Assembly (NCBI GenBank): GCA_964016885.1
Contig: OZ024740.1
Coordinates: forward strand, 137,578,001-137,642,000
Length of the DNA stretch: 64,000 nucleotides
Origin: Eledone cirrhosa
Lineage: Eukaryota
Direction: 5' to 3'
This document shows, one piece after another, positions 1 through 12,800 of the stretch. Made by a program: the position numbers and the translations under genes. The notes under the pieces were generated by a model. That model had not been told where the DNA came from, did no database searches, and saw only the letters and a list, made by a program, of their open reading frames with translations. Position 1 is the first letter of the stretch. Every line of letters starts with the position of its first letter.

Positions 1-830
1 TCTCTCTTTCTCTTATCACTTTTCCCCCAATCTCCAATTCTCTCTTTCTCTTATCAATTTTCTCTCAATCTCCAATTCTTTCTTTCTCTAATCACTTTTC
101 CCCCAATCTCCAATTCTCTCTTTCTCTTATCACTTTTCTCTCAATCTCCAATTCTCCTTTTCACTTATCACTTTTTCTCAATCTCCATTTCTCTCTTTCT
201 ATTCTCACTCTTCCCCCAATCTCCAATTCTCTCTTTCTCTTCTCACATTTCCCCCAATCTCCAATTCTCTCTTTCTCTCATCACTTTTCTCTCAATCTCC
301 AATTCTCTCTTTCTCTTATCACTTTTCCCCCATCTCCAATTCTCTCTTTCTCTTATCACTTTTCTCTCAATCTCCAATTCTCTCTTTCTCTTATCACTTT
401 TCTCTCAATCTCCAATTCTCTCTTTCTCTTATCACTTTTCTCTCAATCTCCAATTCTCTCTTTCTCTTATCACTTTTCCCCCAATCTCCAATTCTCTCTT
501 TCTCTTATCACTTTTCTCTCACTCTCCAATTCTCTCTTTCTATTATCACTTTTCCCCCAATCTCCAATTCTCTCTTTCTCTTATCAATTTTCTCTCAATC
601 TCCAATTCTTTCTTTCTCTAATCACTTTTCCCCCAATCTCCAATTCTCTCTTTCTCTTATCACTTTTCTCTCAATCTCCAATTCTCCTTTTCACTTATCA
701 CTTTTTCTCAATCTCCATTTCTCTCTTTCTATTCTCACTCTTCCCCCAATCTCCAATTCTCTCTTTCTCTTCTCACATTTCCCCCAATCTCCAATTCTCT
801 CTTTCTCTCATCACTTTTCTCTCAATCTCC
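1..830. repeat. Nested 530-bp (14-monomer) duplication inside the domain A unit
   Basis: The variant CCATTTCTCTCTTTCTATTCTCACTCTTCCCCC and neighbouring variants occur at ~185 and ~715, and again at ~3299 and ~3829 (offset 530 both times). Confidence 0.85.
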
Positions 831-3800
831 AATTCTCTCTTTCTGTTATCAATTTTCTCTCAATCTCCAATTCTTTCTTTCTCTTATCACTTTTCTCTCA
901 AATTCCAATTCTCTCTTTCACTTATCACTTTTTTCTCAATCTCCAATTCCCTCTTTCTCTTATCACTTTTCTCTCAATCTCCTATTCTCTCTTTCTCTTA
1001 TCACTTTTCTCCCAATCTCCAATTCTCTCTTTCTATTATCACTTTTCTCTCAATCTCCAATTCTCTCTTTCTCTTATCACTTTTCTCTCCATCTCCAAGT
1101 CTCTCTTTCTCTTATCACTTTTCTCTCAATCTCCAAATCTCTCTTTCTCTTCTCACTTTTCTCCCAATCTCCAATTCTCTCTTTCTCTTCTCACTTTTCC
1201 CCCAATCTCCAATTCTCTCTTTCTCTCATCACTTTTCTCTCAATCTCCAATTCTCTCTTTCTCTTATCACTTTTCTCTCAATCTCCAATTCTCTCTTTCT
1301 CTTATCACTTTTCCCCCATCTCCAATTCTCTCTTTCTCTTATCACTTTTCTCTCAATCTCCAATTCTCTCTTTCCCTTATCACTTTTCTCTCAATCTCCA
1401 ATTCTCTCTTCCTGAAATCACTTTTCTCTCAATCTCCTATTCTCTCTTTCTCTTATCACTTTTCTCTCACTCTCCAATTCTCTCTTTCTCTTATGACTTT
1501 TCCCCCAATCTCCAATTCTATCTTTCTCTTATCCCTTTTCTCTCAATCTCCAATTCTCTCTTTCTTTTCTCACTTTTCCCCCAACCTCCAATTCTCTCTT
1601 TCTCTTCACACTTTTCCCCCAATCTCCAATTCTCTCTTTCTCTTATCACTTTTCCCCCAATCTCTAATTCTCTCTTTCTCTTATCCCTTTTCACTCAATC
1701 TCCAATTCTCTCTTTCTTTTCTCACTTTTCCCCCAACCTCCAATTCTCTCTTTCTCTCATCACTTTTCTCTCAATCTCCAATTCTCTCTTTCTCTTATCA
1801 CTTTTCTCTCCATCTCCAATTCTCTCTTTCTCTTATCACTTTTCTCTCAATCTCCAAATCTCTCTTTCTCTTCTCACTTTTCCCCCAATCTCCAATTCTC
1901 TCTTTCTCTTCTCACTTTTCCCCCAATCTCCAATTCTCTCTTTCCCTCATCACTTTTCTCTCAATCTCCAATTCTCTCTTTCTCTTATCACTTTTCTCTC
2001 AATCTCCAATTCTCTCTTTCTCTTATCACTGTTCCCCCATCTCCAATTCTCTCTTTCTCTTATCACTTTTCTCTCAATCTCCAATTCTCGCTTTCTCTTA
2101 TCACTTTTCTCTCAATCTCCAATTCTCTCTTTCTCAAATGACTTTTCTCTCAATCTCCTATTCTCTCTTTCTATTATCACTTTTCTCTCAATCTCCAAAT
2201 CCCTCTTTCTCTTATCATTTTTCTCTCAATCTCTAATTATCTCTTTCTCTTATCACTTTTCTCTCAATCTCCAATTCTCTCTTTCTCTTATCACTTTTCT
2301 CTCAATCTCCAATTCTCTCTTTCTCTTATCACTTTTCCCCCCAATCTCCAATTCTCTCTTTCTCTTATCACTTTTCTCTCACTCTCCAATTCTCTCTTTC
2401 TCTTATGACTTTTCCCCCAATCTCCAATTCTCTCTTTCTCTTATCCCTTTTCTCTCAATCTCCAATTCTCTCTTTCTTTTCTCAATTTTCCCCCAATCTC
2501 CAATTCTCTCTTTCTTTTCACGATTTTCCCCAAATCTCCAATTCTCTCTTTCTCTTATCACTTTTCCCCCAATCTCCAATTCTCTCTTTCTCTTATCCCT
2601 TTTCTCTCAATCTCCAATTCTCTCAATCTCTTATTACTTTTCTCTCAATCTCTAATTCCCTCTTTCTCTTATCACTTTTCTCTCAATCTCCAATTCTCTC
2701 TTTCTCTTATCACTTTTCCCCCAATCTCCAATTCTCTCTTTCTCTTATCACTTTTCTCTCAATCTCCAATTCTCTCTTTCTCTTATCACTTTTCCCCCAA
2801 TCTCCAATTCTCTCTTTCTCTTATCACTTTTCTCTCACTCTCCAATTCTCTATTTCTCTTATGACTTTTCCCCCAATCCCCAATTCTCTCTTTCTCTTAT
2901 CACTTTTCTCTCAATCTCCAATTCTCTCTTTCTCTTATCACTTTTCCCCCAATCTCCAATTCTCTCTTTCTCTTATCACTTTTCTCTCAATCTCCAATTC
3001 TCTCTTTCTCTTATCACTTTTCCCCCAATCTCCAATTCTCTCTTTCTCTTATCACTTTTCCCTCACTCTCCAATTCTCTATTTCTCTTATGACTTTTCCC
3101 CCAATCCCCAATTCTCTCTTTCTATTATCAATTTTCTCTCAATCTCCAATTCTTTCTTTTTCTAATCACTTTTCCCCCAATCTCCAATTCTCTCTCTTTC
3201 TCTTATCACTTTTCTCTCAATCTCCAATTCTCTCTTTCTCTTATCACTTTTCTCTCAATCTCCAATTCTCCTTTTCACTTATCACTTTTTCTCAATCTCC
3301 ATTTCTCTCTTTCTATTCTCACTCTTCCCCCAATCTCCAATTCTCTCTTTCTCTTCTCACATTTCCCCCAATCTCCAATTCTCTCTTTCTCTCATCACTT
3401 TTCTCTCAATCTCCAATTCTCTCTTTCTCTTATCACTTTTCCCCCATCTCCAATTCTCTCTTTCTCTTATCACTTTTCTCTCAATCTCCAATTCTCTCTT
3501 TCTCTTATCACTTTTCTCTCAATCTCCAATTCTCTCTTTCTCTTATCACTTTTCTCTCAATCTCCAATTCTCTCTTTCTCTTATCACTTTTCCCCCAATC
3601 TCCAATTCTCTCTTTCTCTTATCACTTTTCTCTCACTCTCCAATTCTCTCTTTCTATTATCACTTTTCCCCCAATCTCCAATTCTCTCTTTCTCTTATCA
3701 ATTTTCTCTCAATCTCCAATTCTTTCTTTCTCTAATCACTTTTCCCCCAATCTCCAATTCTCTCTTTCTCTTATCACTTTTCTCTCAATCTCCAATTCTC

Positions 3801-6800
3801 CTTTTCACTTATCACTTTTTCTCAATCTCCATTTCTCTCTTTCTATTCTCACTCTTCCCCCAATCTCCAATTCTCTCTTTCTCTTCTCACATTTCCCCCA
3901 ATCTCCAATTCTCTCTTTCACTCATCACTTTTCTCTCAATCTCCAATTCTCTCTTTCTGTTATCAATTTTCTCTCAATCTCCAATTCCCTCTTTCTCTTA
4001 TCACTTTTCTCTCAATCTGCAATTCTCTCTTTCTCTTATCACTTTTCTCCCAATCTCCAATTCTCTCTTTCTATTATCACTTTTCTCTCAATCTCCAATT
4101 CTCTCTTTCTCTTATCACTTTTCTCTCCATCTCCAAGTCTCTCTTTCTCTTATCACTTTTCTCTCAATCTCCAAATCTCTCTTTCTCTTCTCACTTTTCT
4201 CCCAATCTCCAATTCTCTCTTTCTCTTCTCACTTTTCCCCCAATCTCCAATTCTCTCTTTCTCTCATCACTTTTCTCTCAATCTCCAATTCTCTCTTTCT
4301 CTTATCACTTTTCTCTCAATCTCCAATTCTCTCTTTCTCTTATCACTTTTCCCCCATCTCCAATTCTCTCTTTCTCTTATCACTTTTCTCTCAATCTCCA
4401 ATTCTCTCTTTCCCTTATCACTTTTCTCTCAATCTCCAATTCTCTCTTCCTGAAATCACTTTTCTCTCAATCTCCTATTCTCTCTTTCTCTTATCACTTT
4501 TCTCTCACTCTCCAATTCTCTCTTTCTCTTATGACTTTTCCCCCAATCTACAATTCTATCTTTCTCTTATCCCTTTTCTCTCAATCTCCAATTCTCTCTT
4601 TCTTTTCTCACTTTTCCCCCAACCTCCAATTCTCTCTTTCTCTTCACACTTTTCCCCCAATCTCCAATTCTCTCTTTCTCTTATCACTTTTCCCCCAATC
4701 TCTAATTCTCTCTTTCTCTTATCCCTTTTCTCTCAATCTCCAATTCTCTCTTTCTTTTCTCACTTTTCCCCCAACCTCCAATTCTCTCTTTCTCTCATCA
4801 CTTTTCTCTCAATCTCCAATTCTCTCTTTCTCTTATCACTTTTCTCTCCATCTCCAATTCTCTCTTTCTCTTATCACTTTTCTCTCAATCTCCAAATCTC
4901 TCTTTCTCTTCTCACTTTTCCCCCAATCTCCAATTCTCTCTTTCTCTTCTCACTTTTCCCCCAATCTCCAATTCTCTCTTTCCCTCATCACTTTTCTCTC
5001 AATCTCCAATTCTCTCTTTCTCTTATCACTTTTCTCTCAATCTCCAATTCTCTCTTTCTCTTATCACTGTTCCCCCATCTCCAATTCTCTCTTTCTCTTA
5101 TCACTTTTCTCTCAATCTCCAATTCTCGCTTTCTCTTATCACTTTTCTCTCAATCTCCAATTCTCTCTTTCTCAAATGACTTTTCTCTCAATCTCCTATT
5201 CTCTCTTTCTATTATCACTTTTCTCTCAATCTCCAAATCCCTCTTTCTCTTATCATTTTTCTCTCAATCTCTAATTATCTCTTTCTCTTATCACTTTTCT
5301 CTCAATCTCCAATTCTCTCTTTCTCTTATCACTTTTCTCTCAATCTCCAATTCTCTCTTTCTCTTATCACTTTTCCCCCCAATCTCCAATTCTCTCTTTC
5401 TCTTATCACTTTTCTCTCACTCTCCAATTCTCTCTTTCTCTTATGACTTTTCCCCCAATCTCCAATTCTCTCTTTCTCTTATCCCTTTTCTCTCAATCTC
5501 CAATTCTCTCTTTCTTTTCTCAATTTTCCCCCAATCTCCAATTCTCTCTTTCTCTTCACGATTTTCCCCAAATCTCCAATTCTCTCTTTCTCTTATCACT
5601 TTTCCCCCAATCTCCAATTCTCTCTTTCTCTTATCCCTTTTCTCTCAATCTCCAATTCTCTCAATCTCTTATCACTTTTCTCTCAATCTCTAATTCCCTC
5701 TTTCTCTTATCACTTTTCTCTCAATCTCCAATTCTCTCTTTCTCTTATCACTTTTCCCCCAATCTCCAATTCTCTCTTTCTCTTATCACTTTTCTCTCAA
5801 TCTCCAATTCCCTCTTTCTCTTATCACTTTTCCCCCAATCTCCAATTCTCTCTTTCTCTTATCACTTTTCTCTCACTCTCCAATTCTCTATTTCTCTTAT
5901 GACTTTTCCCCCAATCCCCAATTCTCTCTTTCTCTTATCACTTTTCTCTCAATCTCCAATTCTCTCTTTCTCTTATCACTTTTCCCCCAATCTCCAATTC
6001 TCTCTTTCTCTTATCACTTTTCTCTCAATCTCCAATTCTCTCTTTCTCTTATCACTTTTCCCCCAATCTCCAATTCTCTCTTTCTCTTCTCACTTTTCTC
6101 TGAATCTCCAATTCTCTCTTTGTCTTCTCACTTTTCTGTCAATCTCCAATCCTCTCTTTCTGTTCTCAGTTTACCCCCTATCTCCAATTCTCTCTTTCTC
6201 TCATCACTTTTCTATCAATCTCCAATTCTCTCTTTCTCTTATCACTTTTCCCCCATCTCCAATTCTCTCTTTCTCTTATCACTTTTCTCTCAATCTCCAA
6301 TTCTCTCTTTCTCTTATCACTTTTCTCTCAATCTCCAATTCTCTCTTTCTCTTATCACTTTTCTCTCAATCTCCAATTCTCTCTTTCTCTTATCACTTTT
6401 CTCTCAATCTCCAATTCTCTCTTTCTCTTATCACTTTTCTCTCAATCTCCAATTCTCTCTTTCTCTTATCACTTTTCCCCCAATCTCCAATTCTCTCTTT
6501 CTCTTATCACTTTTCTCTCACTCTCCAATTCTCTCTTTCTATTATCACTTTTCCCCCAATCTCCAATTCTCTCTTTCTCTTATCAATCTTCTCTCAATCT
6601 CCAATTCTTTCTTTCTCTAATCACTTTTCCCCCAATCTCCAATTCTCTCTTTCTCTTATCACTTTTCTCTCAATCTCCAATTCTCCTTTTCACTTATCAC
6701 TTTTTCTCAATCTCCATTTCTCTCTTTCTATTCTCACTCTTCCCCCAAACTCCAATTCTCTCTTTCTCTTCTCACATTTCCCCCCAATCTCCAATTCTCT

Positions 6801-9800
6801 CTTTCTCTCATCACTTTTCTTTCAATCTCCAATTCTCTCTTTCTCTTATCAATTTTCTCTCAATCTCCAATTCTTTCTTTCTCTTATCACTTTTCTCTCA
6901 AATTCCAATTCTCTCTTTCACTTATCACTTTTTTCTCAATCTCCAATTCTCTCTTTCTCTTATCACTTTTCTCCCAATCTCCAATTCTCTCTTTCTATTA
7001 TCACTTTTCTCTCAATCTCCAATTCTCTCTTTCTCTTATCACTTTTCTCTCCATCTCCAAGTCTCTCTTTCTCTTATCACTTTTCTCTCAATCTCCAAAT
7101 CTCTCTTTCTCTTCTCACTTTTCTCCCAATCTCCAATTCTCTCTTTCTCTTCTCACTTTTCCCCCAATCTCCAATTCTCTTTTCTCTCATCACTTTTCTC
7201 TCAATCTCCAATTCTCTCTTTCTCTTATCACTTTTCTCTCAATCTCCAATTCTCTCTTTGTCTTATCACTTTTCCCCCATCTCCAATACTCTCTTACTCT
7301 TATCACTTTTCTCTCAATCTCCAATTCTCTCTTTCCCTTATCACTTTACTCTCAATCTCCAATTCTCTCTTCCTGAAATCACTTTTCCCTCAATCTCCTA
7401 TTCTCTCTTTCTCTTATCACTTTTCTCTCACTCTCCAATTCTCTCTTTCTCTTATGACTTTTCCCCCAATCTCCAATTCTATCTTTCTCTTATCCCTTTT
7501 CTCTCAATCTCCAATTCTCTCTTTCTTTTCTCACTTTTCCCCCAACCTACAATTCTCTCTTTCTTTCATCACTTTTCTCTCAATCTCCAATTCTCTCTTT
7601 CTCTTATCACTTTTCTCTCCATCTCCAATTCTCTCTTTCTCTTATCACTTTTCTCTCAATCTCCAAATATCTCTTTCTCTTCTCACTTTTCCCCCAATCT
7701 CCAATTCTCTCTTTCTCTTCTCACTTTTCCCCCAATCTCCAATTCTCTCTTTCCCTCATCACTTTTCTCTCAATCTCCAATTCTCTCTTTCTCTTATCAC
7801 TTTTCTCTCAATCTCCAATTCTCTCTTTCTCTTATCACTGTTCCCCCATCTCCAATTCTCTCTTTCTCTTATCACTTTTCTCTCAATCTCCAATTCTCGC
7901 TTTCTCTTATCACTTTTCTCTCAATCTCCAATTCTCTCTTTCTCAAATGACTTTTCTCTCAATCTCCTATTCTCTCTTTCTATTATCACTTTTCTCTCAA
8001 TCTCCAAATCCCTCTTTCTCTTATCATTTTTCTCTCAATCTCTAATTATCTCTTTCTCTTATCACTTTTCTCTCAATCTCCAATTCTCTCTTTCTCTTAT
8101 CACTTTTCCCCCCAATCTCCAATTCTCTCTTTCTCTTATCACTTTTCTCTCACTCTCCAATTCTCTCTTTCTCTTATGACTTTTCCCCCAATCTCCAATT
8201 CTCTCTTTCTCTTATCCCTTTTCTCTCAATCTCCAATTCTCTCTTTCTTTTCTCAATTTTCCCCCAATCTCCAATTCTCTCTTTCTCTTCACGATTTTCC
8301 CCAAATCTCCAATTCTCTCTTTCTCTTATCACTTTTCCCCCAATCTCCAGTTCTCTCTTTCTCTTATCCCTTTTCTCTCAATCTCCAATTCTCTCAATCT
8401 CTTATCACTTTTCTCTCAATCTCTAATTCCCTCTTTCTCTTATAACTTTTCTCTCAATCTCCAATTCTCTCTTTCTCTTATCACTTTTCCCCCAATCTCC
8501 AATTCTCTCTTTCTCTTATAACTTTTCTCTCAATCTCCAATTCTCTCTTTCTCTTATCACTTTTCCCCCAATCTCCAATTCTCTCTTTCTCTTATCACTT
8601 TTCTCTCACTCTCCAATTCTCTATTTCTCTTATGACTTTTCCCCCAATCCCCAATTCTCTCTTTCTCTTATCACTTTTCTCTCAATCTCCAATTCTCTCT
8701 TTCTCTTATCACTTTTCCCCCAATCTCCAATTCTCTCTTTCTCTTATCACTTTTCTCTCAATCTCCAATTCTCTCTTTCTCATATCACTTTTCCCCCAAT
8801 CTCCAATTCTCTCTTTCTCTTATCACTTTTCCCTCACTCTCCAATTCTCTATTTCTCTTATGACTTTTCCCCCAATCCCCAATTCTCTCTTTCTATTATC
8901 AATTTTCTCTCAATCTCCAATTCTTTCTTTTTCTAATCACTTTTCCCCCAATCTCCAATTCTCTCTCTTTCTCTTATCACTTTTCTCTCAATCTCCAATT
9001 CTCTCTTTCTCTTATCACTTTTCCCCCAATCTCCAATTCTCTCTTTCTCTTCTCACTTTTCTCTGAATCTCCAATTCTCTCTTTGTCTTCTCACTTTTCT
9101 GTCAATCTCCAATCCTCTCTTTCTGTTCTCAGTTTACCCCCTATCTCCAATTCTCTCTTTCTCTCATCACTTTTCTATCAATCTCCAATTCTCTCTTTCT
9201 CTTATCACTTTTCCCCCATCTCCAATTCTCTCTTTCTCTTATCACTTTTCTCTCAATCTCCAATTCTCTCTTTCTCTTATCACTTTTCTCTCAATCTCCA
9301 ATTCTCTCTTTCTCTTATCACTTTTCTCTCAATCTCCAATTCTCTCTTTCTCTTATCACTTTTCTCTCAATCTCCAATTCTCTCTTTCTCTTATCACTTT
9401 TCTCTCAATCTCCAATTCTCTCTTTCTCTTATCACTTTTCCCCCAATCTCCAATTCTCTCTTTCTCTTATCACTTTTCTCTCACTCTCCAATTCTCTCTT
9501 TCTATTATCACTTTTCCCCCAATCTCCAATTCTCTCTTTCTCTTATCAATTTTCTCTCAATCTCCAATTCTATTTTTCTCTAATCACTTTTCCCCCAATC
9601 TCCAATTCTCTCTTTCTCTTATCACTTTTCTCTCAATCTCCAATTCTCCTTTTCACTTATCACTTTTTCTCAATCTCCATTTCTCTCTTTCTATTCTCAC
9701 TCTTCCCCCAATCTCCAATTCTCTCTTTCTCTTCTCACATTTCCCCCCAATCTCCAATTCTCTCTTTCTCTCATCACTTTTCTCTCAATCTCCAATTCTC

Positions 9801-12800
9801 TCTTTCTCTTATCAATTTTCTCTCAATCTCCAATTCTTTCTTTCTCTTATCACTTTTCTCTCAAATTCCAATTCTCTCTTTCACTTATCACTTTTTTCTC
9901 AATCTCCAATTCTCTCTTTCTCTTATCACTTTTCTCCCAATCTCCAATTCTCTCTTTCTATTATCACTTTTCTCTCAATCTCCAATTCTCTCTTTCTCTT
10001 ATCACTTTTCTCTCCATCTCCAAGTCTCTCTTTCTCTTATCACTTTTCTCTCCATCTCCAAATCTCTCTTTCTCTTCTCACTTTTCTCCCAATCTCCAAT
10101 TCTCTCTTTCTCTTCTCACTTTTCCCCCAATCTCCAATTCTCTTTTCTCTCATCACTTTTCTCTCAATCTCCAATTCTCTCTTTCTCTTATCACTTTTCT
10201 CTCAATCTCCAATTCTCTCTTTGTCTTATCACTTTTCCTCCATCTCCAATACTCTCTTACTCTTATCACTTTTCTCTCAATCTCCAATTCTCTCTTTCCC
10301 TTATCACTTTACTCTCAATCTCCAATTCTCTCTTCCTGAAATCACTTTTCCCTCAATCTCCTATTCTCTCTTTCTCTTATCACTTTTCTCTCACTCTCCA
10401 ATTCTCTCTTTCTCTTATGACTTTTCCCCCAATCTCCAATTCTATCTTTCTCTTATCCCTTTTCTCTCAATCTCCAATTCTCTCTTTCTTTTCTCACTTT
10501 TCCCCCAACCTACAATTCTCTCTTTCTCTCATCACTTTTCTCTCAATCTCCAATTCTCTCTTTCTCTTATCACTTTTCTCTCCATCTCCAATTCTCTCTT
10601 TCTCTTATCACTTTTCTCTCAATCTCCAAATCTCTCTTTCTCTTCTCACTTTTCCCCCAATCTCCAATTCTCTCTTTCTCTTCTCACTTTTCCCCCAATC
10701 TCCAATTCACTCTTTCCCTCATCACTTTTCTCTCAATCTCCAATTCTCTCTTTCTCTTATCACTTTTCTCTCAATCTCCAATTCTCTCTTTCTCTTATCA
10801 CTGTTCCCCCATCTCCAATTCTCTCTTTCTCTTATCACTTTTCTCTCAATCTCCAATTCTCTCTTTCTCTTATCACTTTTCTCTCAATCTCCAATTCTCT
10901 CTTTCTCAAATGACTTTTCTCTGAATCTCCTATTCTCTCTTTCTCTTATCACTTTTCTCTCAATCTCCAATTCCCTCTTTCTCTTATCACTTTTCTCTCA
11001 ATCTCTAGATATCTCTTTCGCTTATCACTTTTCTCTCAATCTCCAATTCTCTCTTTCTCTTATCACTTTTCTATCAATCTCCAATTCTCTCTTTCTCTTA
11101 TCACTTTTCCCCCCAATCTCCAATTCTCTGTTTCTCTTATCACTTTTCTCTCACTCTCCAATTCTCTCTTTCTCTTATGACTTTTCCCCCAATCTCCAAT
11201 TCTCTCTTTCTCTTATCCCTTTTCTCTCAATCTCCAATTCTCTCTTTCTTTTCTCAATTTTCCCCCAATCTCCAATTCTCTCTTTCTCTTCACAATTTTC
11301 CCCCAATCTCCAATTCTCTCTTTCTCTTATCACTTTTCCCCCAATCTCCAATTCTCTCTTTCTCTTATCCCTTTTCTCTCAATCTCCAATTCTCTCAATC
11401 TCTTATCACTTTTCTCTCAATCTCCAATTCCCTCTTTCTCTTGTCACTTTTCTCTCAATCTCTAATTCTCTCTTTCTCTTATCACTTTTCTCTCAATCTC
11501 TAATTCTCTCTTTCTCTTATCACTTTTCTCTCAATCTCCAATTCTCTCTTTCTCTTATCACTTTTCCCCCAATCTCCAGTTCTCTCTTTCTCTTATCACT
11601 TTTATCTCAATCTCCAATTCTCTCTTTCTCTTATCACTTTTCCCCCAATCTCCAATTCTCTCTTGCTCTTATCACTTTTCTCTCACTCTCCAATTCTCTA
11701 TTTCTCTTATGACTTTTCCCCCAATCCCCAATTCTCTCTTTCTATTATCAATTTTCTCTCAATCTCCAATTCTTTCTTTCTCTAATCACTTTTCCCCCAA
11801 TCTCCAATTCTCTCTTTCTCTTATCACTTTTCCCCCAATCTCCAATTCTCTCTTTCTCTTCTCACTTTTCTCTGAATCTCCAATTCTCTCTTTGTCTTCT
11901 CACTTTTCTGTCAATCTCCAATCCTCTCTTTCAGTTCTCAGTTTACCCCCAATCTCCAATTCTCTCTTTCTCTCATCCCTTTTCTCTCAATCTCCAATTC
12001 TCTCAATCTCTTATCACTTTTCTCTCAATCTCCAATTCCCTCTTTCTCTTATCACTTTTCTCTCAATCTGTAATTCTCTCTTTCTCTTATCACTTTTCTC
12101 TCAACTCCAATTCTCTCTTTCTCTTACCACTTTTCCCCCATCTCCAATTCTCTCTTTCTCTTATCACTTTTCTCTCAATCTCCAATTCTCTCTTTCTCTT
12201 ATCACTTTTCTCTCAATCTACAATTCTCTCTTTCTCTTATCACTTTTCTTTCAATCTCCAATTCTCTCTTTCTCTTATCACTTTTCTCTCAATCTCCAAT
12301 TCTCTCTTTCTCTTATCACTTTTCTCTCAATCTCCAATTCTCTCTTTCTCTTATCACTTTTCCCCCAATCTCCAATTCTCTCTTTCTCTTATCACTTTCC
12401 TCTCACTCTCCAATTCTCTCTTTCTCTTATCACTTTTCCCCCAATCTCCAATTCTCTCTTTCTCTTATCAATTTTCTCTCAATCTCCAATTCTTTCTTTC
12501 TCTAATCACTTTTCCCCCAATCTCCAATTCTCTCTTTCTCTTATCACTTTTCTCTCAATCTCCAATTCTCCTTTTCACTTATCACTTTTTCTCAATCTCC
12601 ATTTCTCTCTTTCTCTTCTCACTCTTCCCCCAATCTCCAATTCTCTCTTTCTCTTCTCACATTTCCCCCAATATCCAATTCTCTCTTTCTCTCATCACTT
12701 TTCTCTCAATCTCCAATTCTCTCTTTCTGTTATCAATTTTCTCTCAATCTCCAATTCTTTATTTCTCTTATCACTTTTCTCTCAATCTCCAATTCTCTCT

